From: Minisyncoccota bacterium
Lineage (GTDB): Bacteria; Patescibacteriota; Minisyncoccia; Phycocordibacterales; UBA9973
DNA length: 64,000 nt
NCBI GenBank assembly: GCA_031413715.1
Contig: JANOFO010000009.1
Location: 2,718 to 66,717 of the forward strand
Reading direction: 5' to 3'
The translations under genes and the position numbers were made by a program. Shown one piece after another: positions 38,271-48,306 of this stretch (its first letter is position 1; every line of letters starts with the position of its first letter). A model generated the notes under the pieces. The model worked only from the letters and a program-made list of their open reading frames with translations, ran no database searches and was not told where the DNA came from.

Positions 38271-41200
38271 ATGAAAACAATTGATACAACTGACTTTGAT
38301 TCCATCACACTGAAGCTCGCATCGCCCGAGCGCATACGAGAGTGGTCATACGGAGAGGTTACCAAGCCTGAAACAATTAACTATCGTACAGGGCGCTCTG
38401 AGCGATCCGGACTCTTTGACGAGCGAATATTCGGTCCCGAGAAAGATTATGAATGTTACTGCGGTAAATACCGACGTATTCGATATAAAGACATCGTTTG
38501 TGAAAAGTGCGGCGTGGAAGTTACACGTTCCATTGTTCGTCGTGATCGTATGGGCCACATCGAGCTTGCAAGCCCGGTTGCACACATCTGGTTTCTTCGC
38601 GGCGTACCATCTCGCATGTCTGTACTTCTCAATATTCCTGTGAGTGACTTGGAAAAAGTCATTTACTTTGCTGGCTACATTATTACAAATATTCACCAAG
38701 AAGAAAAAGATACGATCATCAAGAATCTTGAATCTGAATTCAAAGCTAAAGTTAAAAGCGCAACTAACGAAGAAGACAAAGAGAAACTCAAGGATCTTTT
38801 GACTAATACAAAGCGCGAAATCAATGATATCGTTCCAGGCAAAGTTCTCAATGAGATCGCGTATCATCACTTTGGTCTCAAGTATGGTTCATGCTTTGAA
38901 GCATCAATCGGTGCTGAAGCTATCTTTACACTTTTCAAGAATCTCGATCTGGAGAAACTCAAAACCGAGACGCTTGCCATGATTCCAAAAGCCTCAAGCA
39001 TAGAGAAAGAAAAACTTGAGAAGCGCATGTCCCTCATCCGCTCGATGCTTGCCTCCGGCATTCGTCCTGAGTGGATGTTCCTGACTGTCATTCCAGTGAT
39101 CCCACCAGCGCTTCGCCCGATGGTTGCGCTTGATGGCGGACGACATGCAACATCTGATCTTAATGACTTGTATCGCCGCGTTATCAACCGAAATAACCGT
39201 TTGAAAAAACTAAAAGAAATCGGTGCGCCTGATGTTATCTTGCGTAACGAGAAAAGAATTCTCCAAGAAGCATGCGATGCTCTTATTGATAACTCGATTG
39301 CAAAACAGAACGATTCACAAGCAATATCTGCTTCACAGAAGCGCGCACTCAAGTCACTTTCTGATAACTTGAAATCAAAACAAGGTTTATTCCGTCAGAA
39401 TCTCTTGGGTAAGCGTGTCGACTACTCTGGTCGCTCGGTTATTGTCGTTGGTCCTAATCTTAAGCTTAATCAATGCGGTCTGCCGAAACATATGGCTCTT
39501 GAACTTTTTCGTCCATTCGTGATATCTAAAATCTTAGAAACTGAACTCTCATTCAATATTCGTGGTGCTAACCGTCTCATCGAAGAGGGAATTCCGGAAG
39601 TCTGGGCGATCTTAGAAGAAGTAATTCGTGGCAAGTACGTGCTTCTTAATCGAGCGCCGACGCTTCACCGTCTTGGTATTCAGGCATTCAATCCAATACT
39701 TATTGAAGGTAATGCGATTCAAGTGCATCCTCTTGTCTGTACAGGGTTCAATGCTGACTTCGACGGAGACCAAATGGCCGTATATGTACCGCTTTCTGAT
39801 ATGGCTCAGATAGAAGCTCGTGACTATATGGCTTCAAATAAAAACCTTCTCAAGCCTCAAGATGGAGCGCCGATTGTCATGCCAAAGATGGACATGATCT
39901 TGGGTTGTTACTGGATGACAAAATCAATAGATGGGGAAAAGGGTGAAGGTCTAGCATTTGCAAGTCCGAACCAAGCCATTACCGCTTTTGATCTTGGTGT
40001 GATTACATTCCGCGCGAAAATTAAAGTTCTCGGTAGTGATAAGACAAGGTACAAAATATTTGACGGCAAACCATTTGAGACTACTGTCGGAAGGCTTTTC
40101 TTCAATAGCATTTTCCCCGATGATTTCCCATACATGAATGAAGAAATCACTATCAAACGCATGTCCCTTCTTGTAGATGAACTTATAATGCATTACGGTA
40201 TAGATGCGACTCCACCAGTTCTCGATAAGATCAAGAGCTTCGGATTCTTGTATGCGACATATTCGGGGGTAACATGGGGTATTGATAATGTTCGTGTACC
40301 CGAAGGAAAACAAGCAATTGTAGCAAAAGGACGAAAAGAAGAAGAAATTGTCCGCGATCAATTTGCCGATGGACTTTTGTCTGAAGATGAACAATATCAG
40401 AAAGTTATTGAAATCTGGGAGCATGCTAAGAAAGAGATTGAGAAGACCATTCCAGAGACGCTTGATCGAAAAGGTTCAACATATGACCTAATCACTTCTG
40501 GTGCTCGAGGTAATATGGGCTCTCTCGTTCAGATGTGCGGAATGAAAGGATTGATTGTAAACACATCAGGTGCAACATTGGACTTCCCAATTATCCCATC
40601 ATATATAGAAGGTCTTTCACCGCTTGAATACTTTATTACTACTCACGGCTCTCGTAAAGGTGCAGCTGACACGGCGCTCAATACTGCTAAAGCTGGATAC
40701 CTAACTCGCCGTCTCGTTGACGTTGCTCAAGATGTTGTTGTTACTGAAGAAGACTGTGGCACAAAACTCGGCAAGAAAATTGTCGCAGTAGATGGTGTTT
40801 TTGCCAAGCATATCCACGGACGAGTTATTATCTCGGATATTAAAGACAAAGATGGAAAAGTTGCATTCAAAAAAGGATCTTTGATTCTCAAGGAAGATGC
40901 GCGTGCTCTTGAAAAGATGGGTATAATGGAAGCGTATGTCCGTACTCCGCTTTCGTGTGAGACGACTCATGGTATCTGCCGTATGTGTTACGGTCTCGAT
41001 CTTGGACGCAACTGTATGATTGAGCTCGGCCAAGCCGTCGGTATCATCGCTGCGCAAGCTATCGGTGAACCTGGTACACAGCTTACACTCCGTACGTTCC
41101 ACGCCGGAGGTGTGGCGACAGTGGACATCACAACCGGTCTTCCTCGTGTCGAAGAAATCTTTGAGCGCCGCATTCCAAAGAATCCCGCAATTGTATCGAT

Positions 41201-41945
41201 AACTTCTGGTGAAGTTATAAGTGTTACTGATAATGGCAAAGAGAAAGTTATTAAAGTACTCTCTGATCTAACTCTAGACAATAAGCCGACAGGCAAAGCA
41301 AGTAGCAAATCTCAATCAGTACAGACAGGTAACGAAGTTGAGTATACGATTGCCTTCCGTCGTCAGCCACTTGTCAAAGTAGGGTCAAAAGTTAAAAAAG
41401 GTGATCTTCTAACTGATGGTTCAGCTGATATCAACGAAATCGTCAAATACGGCGGCAAAGAACTCGCTGAGGACTACATCGTCGATGAAATCAACAAAGT
41501 CTACGACTTGCAGAGCGCTTCAATCTCGAGAAAGCATATCGAGATAATCATTCGTCAAATGTTCTCACGCAAGAAGATCAAAGATGCAGGCGACACAACA
41601 TTCTCACCAGGTGAAATCGTCGAAGCTATTGAACTTATCGAAGAGAATAATCGCTTAGAAGCTGAAGGCGATGGTAAAAAAGCTGTTGCAGATACGATCG
41701 TACTTGGTATCACCGAGGTATCGCTTACAACCAAGAGCTGGCTTTCTGCAGCATCATTCCAGAACACCAATCGTGTGCTTATCAACAATGCCATTCGTGG
41801 CGGCGTTGACAATCTTCGTGGACTCAAAGAAAATGTTATTATAGGCAACCTCATCCCTGCTGGTACAGGATTCGGGGTAGAACGCATACGGAAAGTGAAA
41901 GAGGTAGATGCAAGTAGAGCAAGTGGAGAGAATGACTCATTATAA
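38271..41945 (+). CDS. rpoC: DNA-directed RNA polymerase subunit beta'
   Basis: Zn finger CYCGKYRRIRYKDIVCEKCG, catalytic NADFDGDQMAVYVPLS, 1224 aa. Confidence 0.95.
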   Translation: MKTIDTTDFDSITLKLASPERIREWSYGEVTKPETINYRTGRSERSGLFDERIFGPEKDYECYCGKYRRIRYKDIVCEKCGVEVTRSIVRRDRMGHIELASPVAHIWFLRGVPSRMSVLLNIPVSDLEKVIYFAGYIITNIHQEEKDTIIKNLESEFKAKVKSATNEEDKEKLKDLLTNTKREINDIVPGKVLNEIAYHHFGLKYGSCFEASIGAEAIFTLFKNLDLEKLKTETLAMIPKASSIEKEKLEKRMSLIRSMLASGIRPEWMFLTVIPVIPPALRPMVALDGGRHATSDLNDLYRRVINRNNRLKKLKEIGAPDVILRNEKRILQEACDALIDNSIAKQNDSQAISASQKRALKSLSDNLKSKQGLFRQNLLGKRVDYSGRSVIVVGPNLKLNQCGLPKHMALELFRPFVISKILETELSFNIRGANRLIEEGIPEVWAILEEVIRGKYVLLNRAPTLHRLGIQAFNPILIEGNAIQVHPLVCTGFNADFDGDQMAVYVPLSDMAQIEARDYMASNKNLLKPQDGAPIVMPKMDMILGCYWMTKSIDGEKGEGLAFASPNQAITAFDLGVITFRAKIKVLGSDKTRYKIFDGKPFETTVGRLFFNSIFPDDFPYMNEEITIKRMSLLVDELIMHYGIDATPPVLDKIKSFGFLYATYSGVTWGIDNVRVPEGKQAIVAKGRKEEEIVRDQFADGLLSEDEQYQKVIEIWEHAKKEIEKTIPETLDRKGSTYDLITSGARGNMGSLVQMCGMKGLIVNTSGATLDFPIIPSYIEGLSPLEYFITTHGSRKGAADTALNTAKAGYLTRRLVDVAQDVVVTEEDCGTKLGKKIVAVDGVFAKHIHGRVIISDIKDKDGKVAFKKGSLILKEDARALEKMGIMEAYVRTPLSCETTHGICRMCYGLDLGRNCMIELGQAVGIIAAQAIGEPGTQLTLRTFHAGGVATVDITTGLPRVEEIFERRIPKNPAIVSITSGEVISVTDNGKEKVIKVLSDLTLDNKPTGKASSKSQSVQTGNEVEYTIAFRRQPLVKVGSKVKKGDLLTDGSADINEIVKYGGKELAEDYIVDEINKVYDLQSASISRKHIEIIIRQMFSRKKIKDAGDTTFSPGEIVEAIELIEENNRLEAEGDGKKAVADTIVLGITEVSLTTKSWLSAASFQNTNRVLINNAIRGGVDNLRGLKENVIIGNLIPAGTGFGVERIRKVKEVDASRASGENDSL

Positions 41946-41966
41946 TTAAATAGAATATAGGGCTAT

Positions 41967-43751
41967 ATGAACGGAACTGCCCAGAAAATAAAAGAGAGAC
42001 TCTCTATCGTTGATGTTATTTCATCGTATCTTTCTTTAGATCAAGCTGGTAAAAATTACAAAGCTAAATGCCCGTTCCATAACGAGAAGACTCCCTCATT
42101 TTTCATTTCTCCTGATCGTGGTACATACTATTGTTTCGGTTGCAATGCCAAAGGCGATATCTTTTCTTTCGTAGAACATTTTGAAGGAACTGATTTCCTT
42201 GGTGCTTTGAAAATTTTGGCCGAGCGTGCGGGAATCACACTCGAGTATGGTAGTCGCAATGAATCTCATGATGATAAAGAAAAACTCTACGCTATCATGG
42301 AAGAAGCTACGGTATTTTTCGAAACCGTATTCGAGAAAATGCCTGAACCTCGAAGTTATCTCCGTGATCGTGGACTCTCTGATGCAACGATTAAAGCATT
42401 TCGAATCGGATATGCACCTCAAGCATGGAAATCAGTTTCAGACCATTTGGTCACCAAAGGATTTTCTATTGCTGATATAGAAACTGTCGGACTCTCTAAA
42501 AAGGGGAACAACGGCTTTTATGATCGGTTCCGTTCTCGTATTATTTTCCCAATTAGTGATTCAAGTGGCAGAGTCATAGCTTTCTCAGGTCGGATTTTTA
42601 CTCTTTCTCCAGATACTAAATCTACTATTGAAGAGGCCCGCCCGCCCGATTCATTCGGGCAGGCAAAATATCTCAATAGTCCTGATACTCCACTTTTCAA
42701 CAAATCCAATGTGCTATTTGGTATTGATAAAGCAAAAGCTGCCATTCGTACTCGTGGATACAGCATTATGGTTGAAGGTCAGATGGATCTCATCCTTTCT
42801 CATCAAGCAGGGCTCACTAATACCGTTGCAGTGTCGGGTACCGCGCTTGCGGATAATGTAAACGATGAGTCCTCAAGCGAGTCTAAAATAAATAACCTCG
42901 GTCTTGTTCGCCGTCTCTCTCCAAATATTATATTTGCTTTTGACGGTGACACTGCCGGAATTAGGGCAGCAGGTCGCTCAGCTATGATCGCCCTGTCCCT
43001 CGATATGCAGGTCAAAATTGCTGTTATGCCGGAAGGGCAAGATCCTGCGGATATCATCGTTAAAAACGAAGCGACATGGAAAGATATCATCAAAAATTCG
43101 GTAAACATCGTAAATTTTCATATCAATCGTATTTGTACAAGCACTACTGATATCAGATTAAGAGGCAAAGAGATTCGCGACATTGTCTTTCCATTCCTCT
43201 CTATGGTCCTAAGTTCAATTGAACGTTCGGCATATATTAACGAGATTTATGCAAAGACCGGGCTATCCGAGAGGGCTATTATTGAAGACTTTGAGAAATA
43301 TGAACGTACAACTAATGTTAATAAAGTTGTTACGAGAGATCAAAAGGTAAGTAAGGAAGTAAAAGAAAGTATTGCCAAGTCCCGTCGAGAAAACCTTGAA
43401 CATAGACTCTTTGGTATACTTTTCTGGCAAACTGCTGATGGGGAAGTATCTAAAGAAATAAAAGAACTTATTGATTTTCTAAAAGAACGGATAACAGTAG
43501 AAACATTTGAAAAAATGAAAGAAGTACACGAACCATTCTCTGATAGGCTGGCAATTGAAGCTGAAATGTGGTATGGTAGCAAGATTGAGACGCTTACTCG
43601 TGACCTACGGGAACTCATATTAAACCTCGAGGAAGAAATCTTGCATGAACAAAAAATTATTCTGCAGCCTCTCGATACCGAAGAAAAACTTACAAATTTT
43701 AATATAATATCAAAACGGATTGAAGAAATTAGAAAAGAGCGTTCGTTATAA
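41967..43751 (+). CDS. dnaG: DNA primase
   Basis: CHC2 zinc finger CPFHNEKTPSFFISPDRGTYYCFGC, TOPRIM EGQMDLIL...DGDTAG. Contains an in-frame GC-rich insertion at 42637-42665. Confidence 0.9.
   Translation: MNGTAQKIKERLSIVDVISSYLSLDQAGKNYKAKCPFHNEKTPSFFISPDRGTYYCFGCNAKGDIFSFVEHFEGTDFLGALKILAERAGITLEYGSRNESHDDKEKLYAIMEEATVFFETVFEKMPEPRSYLRDRGLSDATIKAFRIGYAPQAWKSVSDHLVTKGFSIADIETVGLSKKGNNGFYDRFRSRIIFPISDSSGRVIAFSGRIFTLSPDTKSTIEEARPPDSFGQAKYLNSPDTPLFNKSNVLFGIDKAKAAIRTRGYSIMVEGQMDLILSHQAGLTNTVAVSGTALADNVNDESSSESKINNLGLVRRLSPNIIFAFDGDTAGIRAAGRSAMIALSLDMQVKIAVMPEGQDPADIIVKNEATWKDIIKNSVNIVNFHINRICTSTTDIRLRGKEIRDIVFPFLSMVLSSIERSAYINEIYAKTGLSERAIIEDFEKYERTTNVNKVVTRDQKVSKEVKESIAKSRRENLEHRLFGILFWQTADGEVSKEIKELIDFLKERITVETFEKMKEVHEPFSDRLAIEAEMWYGSKIETLTRDLRELILNLEEEILHEQKIILQPLDTEEKLTNFNIISKRIEEIRKERSL
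42637..42665. repeat. GC-rich motif GCCCGCCCGCCC...GGGCAGGC (copy inside dnaG, in frame)
   Basis: Shares CCCGCCCGCCC and GGGCAGGCA blocks with 59514..59547. Both are imperfect hairpins. Confidence 0.6.
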
Positions 43752-43785
43752 GTAAAAAGGGCCAAGCGCGATTTGGCTAAATCAT

Positions 43786-45075
43786 ATGTCTAAAAAAACT
43801 AAAAAGAAAATTATTAAAAAATCAAAAAAGAAAGCGATCAAAAAAAATATTGTCAAGAAATCTGCTAAAAAAGGAGCAAAAAAGAACGTGTCCAAGAAAA
43901 AGGTTTTAAAAAAGCCTGCAAAATCTACCAAGAAACCTCTAAAGAAGCAAAACGAGCCCAAGAAGGCAGCTAAGGGTGCCAAAGCTACCGCACTTGAGCG
44001 CAAAGCTCACGACCTTGAACAGAAATCACAATTAATGATAGAAAAAGGCAAGAAACGCGGTTTTGTGACATATGATGAAATCATAAAAGTTTTTCCTGAT
44101 ATCGAGAACAATATTCTTTTCCTTGATGAACTCTACGAGAAGCTCTCGATATCTGGTATCGATGTTCTTGAAGGTGGAAATCTTCTTGATATGGATGGCG
44201 ACACAGAGAAGCAGGCGCTTAAATACTCTAAAGATGCTCAGACGTATGACTCTATACAGATGTATTTAAAGGAAATTGGCCAGTATCCGCTTATTACTGC
44301 ATTTGATGAGAAAGATCTGGCTCGTCGTATTGAAAAAGGTGATATGGAAGCCAAGAACTTGCTTGCTCGTGCGAACCTCCGTCTCGTGGTATCTATAGCA
44401 AAAAAATACGTCGGACGTAGTTCAGATCTTACCCTTCTTGATCTCATACAGGAAGGAAACCTTGGACTATTTAAAGCAGTCGAGAAATTTGACTGGACGA
44501 AGGGCTATAAATTCTCGACATATGCTACGTGGTGGATCCGTCAGTCTATCACTCGCGCACTTGCTGACCAGTCTCGCACGATCCGTATTCCAGTTCACAT
44601 GGTGGAGACTATTTCCAAATACAAACAGGTTGTTCGCAGACTTTCTCAGGATCTTGGCCGTGAGCCACTAGTGGAAGAAATAGCAACGGAGATGAATTTG
44701 GAAGTTGAAAAGATTCACATCATTGAGCAGATCAATCAGGAAACAGTCTCACTTGAACAGCCGATAGGGGATGACGACGAAAAGTCTACTCGTGGCGAAT
44801 TCATTCCTGATGACAAGATCCTCCGTCCCGATCAAGATGCCTCACGTCGTATCCTATCTGACCAAATCAAAGAAGTTCTAGATACACTTACACCTAAAGA
44901 AAGAAAAATTCTAGAGTTGCGCTATGGTTTAAACGACGGCATTCAGCATACACTCGAAGAAGTGGGAACAGAGTTTAATGTCACTCGTGAGCGTATCCGT
45001 CAAATTGAAGCGAAGGTTCACGAAAAGCTCCGCAATAACGAAAAAATCGCAAGACTTAAAAACTACTTTGATTAA
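43786..45075 (+). CDS. rpoD: RNA polymerase sigma factor (sigma70 family) with N-terminal Lys-rich extension
   Basis: Regions 2-4 ([13 protein letters not shown], helix-turn-helix [20 protein letters not shown]). N-terminal KKxxKK repeats. Confidence 0.9.
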   Translation: MSKKTKKKIIKKSKKKAIKKNIVKKSAKKGAKKNVSKKKVLKKPAKSTKKPLKKQNEPKKAAKGAKATALERKAHDLEQKSQLMIEKGKKRGFVTYDEIIKVFPDIENNILFLDELYEKLSISGIDVLEGGNLLDMDGDTEKQALKYSKDAQTYDSIQMYLKEIGQYPLITAFDEKDLARRIEKGDMEAKNLLARANLRLVVSIAKKYVGRSSDLTLLDLIQEGNLGLFKAVEKFDWTKGYKFSTYATWWIRQSITRALADQSRTIRIPVHMVETISKYKQVVRRLSQDLGREPLVEEIATEMNLEVEKIHIIEQINQETVSLEQPIGDDDEKSTRGEFIPDDKILRPDQDASRRILSDQIKEVLDTLTPKERKILELRYGLNDGIQHTLEEVGTEFNVTRERIRQIEAKVHEKLRNNEKIARLKNYFD

Positions 45076-45679
45076 AAAAACAAAAGATATTTTAAAAAAA
45101 GTTATAGCCGCTATCATTATTACTATATTAGCGATTTTTGTTGCCTTTTCAAATTCAAAAGATAAAGAAGTATTTAAAGAAGCAAATATTGAAGTGAAAG
45201 AGTTCTCTGATAGCGAAAAAACTGAAGAAGTTAACCAAAAAGACTCTTCTATAAAGGACCAGAAAGCTCGGTATTTCTCTCTTGCTGCTGAACAAATGCA
45301 AAAGGGTGATTTTAGATCATCAATTGAAAATTTTCAAAAAGTAGTAAATATTGATCCTACTAATAATTTTGAACCACAGAACATAAGAGCACTTTCAGGT
45401 GAATTATCTTTATATATAGTTTTAGGAAGAAATGGAGACATTAGAGATTCAGATAATAAAAGGATAATTGAAGTCGCGACAAAAATCATAGATTCTGGTA
45501 TTGTTAATGATCCAGATGTTGCAGGTATCTACTTTGCTAGAGGAGTAGCATATGCCGATAGTAAGCAATATGATAAGGCAATTGCTGATTTTGACCTTGT
45601 CATAAAGATTGATCCCTCTATGAGAGAAGAGGCTCTGAATTTCAGAGAAGATGTCTTAAGAGAAAAAGAAGGGTTATAG
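45069..45679 (+). CDS. TPR-repeat protein with N-terminal TM anchor (start uncertain)
   Basis: Open from 44978, overlapping the rpoD end. A TTG at 45069 overlapping the rpoD stop is a plausible start. [18 protein letters not shown], then TPR-like repeats. Confidence 0.5.
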
Positions 45680-45691
45680 TAGGGTAGCAAC

Positions 45692-45790
45692 AGTTACTCG
45701 CGAGCGTATCCGTCAGATCGAAGCCAAAGTTCACGAAAAGCTCCATAATAACGAAAAAATCGCAAGACTTAAAAACTACAAGGAAAGAAA
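45692..45790 (+). repeat. Diverged (~90% identity) duplicate of the rpoD 3' end (matches 44983..45066)
   Basis: Would encode [29 protein letters not shown], the same peptide as the real rpoD C-terminus apart from R to H, with mostly synonymous nucleotide changes. Confidence 0.85.
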
Positions 45791-45800
45791 TACAAAAATA

Positions 45801-45836
45801 AAAAGACCATTTTTTAAAAGATGGTCTTTTCGTTTG
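45801..45836. terminator. Bidirectional rho-independent terminator
   Basis: AAAAGACCAT-tttttaaaag-ATGGTCTTTT with an A-rich 5' flank. Confidence 0.75.
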
Positions 45837-45837
45837 A

Positions 45838-46536
45838 TTATAGCTGTCCTGAAACTGTATCTTTCTTGTCCATCAAACCAAAGAGTAAGTCAGCATACTT
45901 CCAGAATGCATCTTCGCCTTTCAATTTAGCGACACAGTCAGCCGCAGTGAGCATTGCAAATGAATGCTGATGAAGAGGGTAGTGACGATAAATCCAGGCG
46001 GTATCTGGATTCTCCTTTACGATTCTCTCTAATACCGGATGATATCCTTTACAGTATGGACATTCAAAATCAGAATATTCTATTATGGTGACTTTAGCAT
46101 TCGGATTACCCATGACATGATCGCCTGGCTCGGAAAGTACGACATTACCAGTGTAGGGTATTGTTGCTTTACCGAGAAGAGCATCATCAACTATCTTTTT
46201 CGTATTTTCATATGTTTCTTGTCCGCGAATATCTGTTCTGGCTCCGTTTTGACCAATGACGATAGTATACGGAGTACCGCGCTGCTCTCGAGGATACGGA
46301 CTCATAGCTTTATCCACACTTTGCACGATACGAGCATTAAGAGCCTCATCATCGGTTCCCTCGATACATGCCTGCAAGCTCGCATTGGATACTCCTACCT
46401 GTTCGGATAGTGTTTTTGGGGTGGAGATGCCACTGCCACCTCGAGTGCCCAAAATACCAATCATAATAAGGACTCCAGCAACAATAATAGCTGAAGGAAC
46501 TGAAATTTGAGATTTACTCGCTGGCTTATTTTCCAT
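45838..46536 (-). CDS. DsbA-family thiol:disulfide oxidoreductase, membrane anchored
   Basis: 232 aa. N-terminal TM. Thioredoxin-fold CxxC motif FECPYCKGYHP. Confidence 0.8.
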   Translation of the reverse strand: MENKPASKSQISVPSAIIVAGVLIMIGILGTRGGSGISTPKTLSEQVGVSNASLQACIEGTDDEALNARIVQSVDKAMSPYPREQRGTPYTIVIGQNGARTDIRGQETYENTKKIVDDALLGKATIPYTGNVVLSEPGDHVMGNPNAKVTIIEYSDFECPYCKGYHPVLERIVKENPDTAWIYRHYPLHQHSFAMLTAADCVAKLKGEDAFWKYADLLFGLMDKKDTVSGQL

Positions 46537-46645
46537 ACGTAGTATTGTATCATGACTTTTTATTGCACGCTACGAGGCAGTATATGTTATAATAAAAACG
46601 TTATTAAATGGTCTCTTTATTATTAATTTTCCACTTCTAGGTGGA

Positions 46646-46954
46646 ATGCGAGTACACAATATGATGACATGTAATTGTAAAAGTGGATGCGGTTGCTCGA
46701 AGTTTGGGTTGGTCCTTATTATTATCGGTGGTCTTAACTGGGGCCTTGTCGGCGCAGGTATGCTCTTTGGTTCTATGCACGACATGAGTTGGAATGTTGT
46801 CCATATGCTCCTTGGATCATGGCCAGTTGTCGAAGGCATTGTTTATCTCTTGGTAGGTATTGCGGCAATCGTCAAAATTTTTGGCTGCCCATGCAAGAAA
46901 TGCAAAGGTATGGATGCTGCCCCTATGGGAACTCCTTCTGGTTCATCAATGTAA
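46646..46954 (+). CDS. DUF378-like small membrane protein with Cys-rich N- and C-terminal extensions
   Basis: GLNWGLVGAGMLFG matches the DUF378 signature. CNCKSGCGC and CPCKKCKG cysteine clusters. Confidence 0.55.
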   Translation: MRVHNMMTCNCKSGCGCSKFGLVLIIIGGLNWGLVGAGMLFGSMHDMSWNVVHMLLGSWPVVEGIVYLLVGIAAIVKIFGCPCKKCKGMDAAPMGTPSGSSM

Positions 46955-47018
46955 ATAAGGCTTTTGTAAAGCATCCTGACCATGTCAGGGTGTTTTACGT
47001 TGGATAATATGGCTTTTT

Positions 47019-48296
47019 ATGCTATCATGCATTCTACGTATGGCTTATAGTATAATCTTTTATACACTTGCTTTTTGCGCTGTATATGTCCAGGTATATT
47101 TCTTGGTGACGTTTTTAGAGAAACGTCGCTCGATTATTCGATACCCTGACACCCTTGGCCTACAATATTATCCTAGTGTGACAATTATCATACCGTGTTA
47201 TAACGAGGAAAAAACAATCGGCGCAACAGTTGAGTCACTTCTTGCACTCGACTATCCGAAGGATAAAGTCTCGATCTTTTTGGTAGACGATGGTAGTACC
47301 GATGATACGTGGAATGTTTTTAAAAGTTTTGACAATATCTCAAACATTCGTATCTTCCAGAAGGAAAACGGCGGCAAGCATACATGTCTTAATCTCGGGC
47401 TCGAGCATACAACAACAGAATTCGTCGGCTGTCTAGATTCTGATTCGTTTGCTCATCCACAAGCTCTAAAGCGCATGATGAAAATGTTTGAAGAAGACCC
47501 CAAGGCTATGGCGATTGTTCCTTCTATTATCGTCCTTAATCCTAAGAATATATTGCAAGATGCTCAGAAAATTGAGTACGAAATGGCAATTTATATAAAG
47601 AAAATGCTAGGCTTCATGGGGGGTATTCATGTTACTCCCGGGCCGCTTTCCATGTTTAAGAAAAAAGTTTTTGATGAGCTTGGACCATATCGTAAAGCTC
47701 ATAATACTGAAGATCAGGAAATTGCCCTCCGAATGCAGGAACATCACTACAAAATTGATCATTGTCCTGATGCATATGTCTACACACTTACACCAAGCTC
47801 ATTGCCGAAGCTTTATCGTCAACGCCTGCGTTGGGTATATGGATTCCTTAAGAATACAGTTGATTATCGAAGGCTTTTATTTAAAAGAAAGTATGGGACC
47901 GTAGCCTTCTTCACTATCCCATCTGGTCTCATTTCGATTATCTCTGTTCTCTTTATTTTTGGAGTGTTTTTGTATCATACAAGTAGCTTTGTCTATCATA
48001 AAATTATCGAAATCAATACCATTGGGTTCTCTCAATTATCACTTTCTGGATTCAAATTTGATTGGTTCTTCTTTAATACGAAAGCAATCGTCTTCTTCTC
48101 GATAATCCTTTACCTTCTTCTTATTACCGCTATGATCATTGGTCGTAATATTGCAAATGCGAAAAGTGGATTTTCTTTCAAGATCATTTATTTTATTCTT
48201 ATTTACAGTATCATTGCACCATTCTGGCTTTTTAGAGCGGTCCTTAATTCCGTTTTTTCAAAAGAATCCAACTGGGCACTTGAGCGAAGCACATAA
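47019..48296 (+). CDS. Family 2 processive beta-glycosyltransferase (membrane-embedded synthase, QxxRW motif)
   Basis: IIIPCYNEE, DDGSTDDT, DSDS and QRLRW motifs, then 4-5 C-terminal TM helices. Alternative start at 47040. Confidence 0.85.
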   Translation: MLSCILRMAYSIIFYTLAFCAVYVQVYFLVTFLEKRRSIIRYPDTLGLQYYPSVTIIIPCYNEEKTIGATVESLLALDYPKDKVSIFLVDDGSTDDTWNVFKSFDNISNIRIFQKENGGKHTCLNLGLEHTTTEFVGCLDSDSFAHPQALKRMMKMFEEDPKAMAIVPSIIVLNPKNILQDAQKIEYEMAIYIKKMLGFMGGIHVTPGPLSMFKKKVFDELGPYRKAHNTEDQEIALRMQEHHYKIDHCPDAYVYTLTPSSLPKLYRQRLRWVYGFLKNTVDYRRLLFKRKYGTVAFFTIPSGLISIISVLFIFGVFLYHTSSFVYHKIIEINTIGFSQLSLSGFKFDWFFFNTKAIVFFSIILYLLLITAMIIGRNIANAKSGFSFKIIYFILIYSIIAPFWLFRAVLNSVFSKESNWALERST

Positions 48297-48306
48297 TATA
48301 TAAACT

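Noticed and set aside
44978-45068. N-terminal extension of the TPR ORF overlapping rpoD
   Set aside because: It would overlap the well-conserved rpoD C-terminal coding sequence by about 100 nt. A TTG at 45069 at the rpoD stop is the more parsimonious start, though the exact start remains uncertain.
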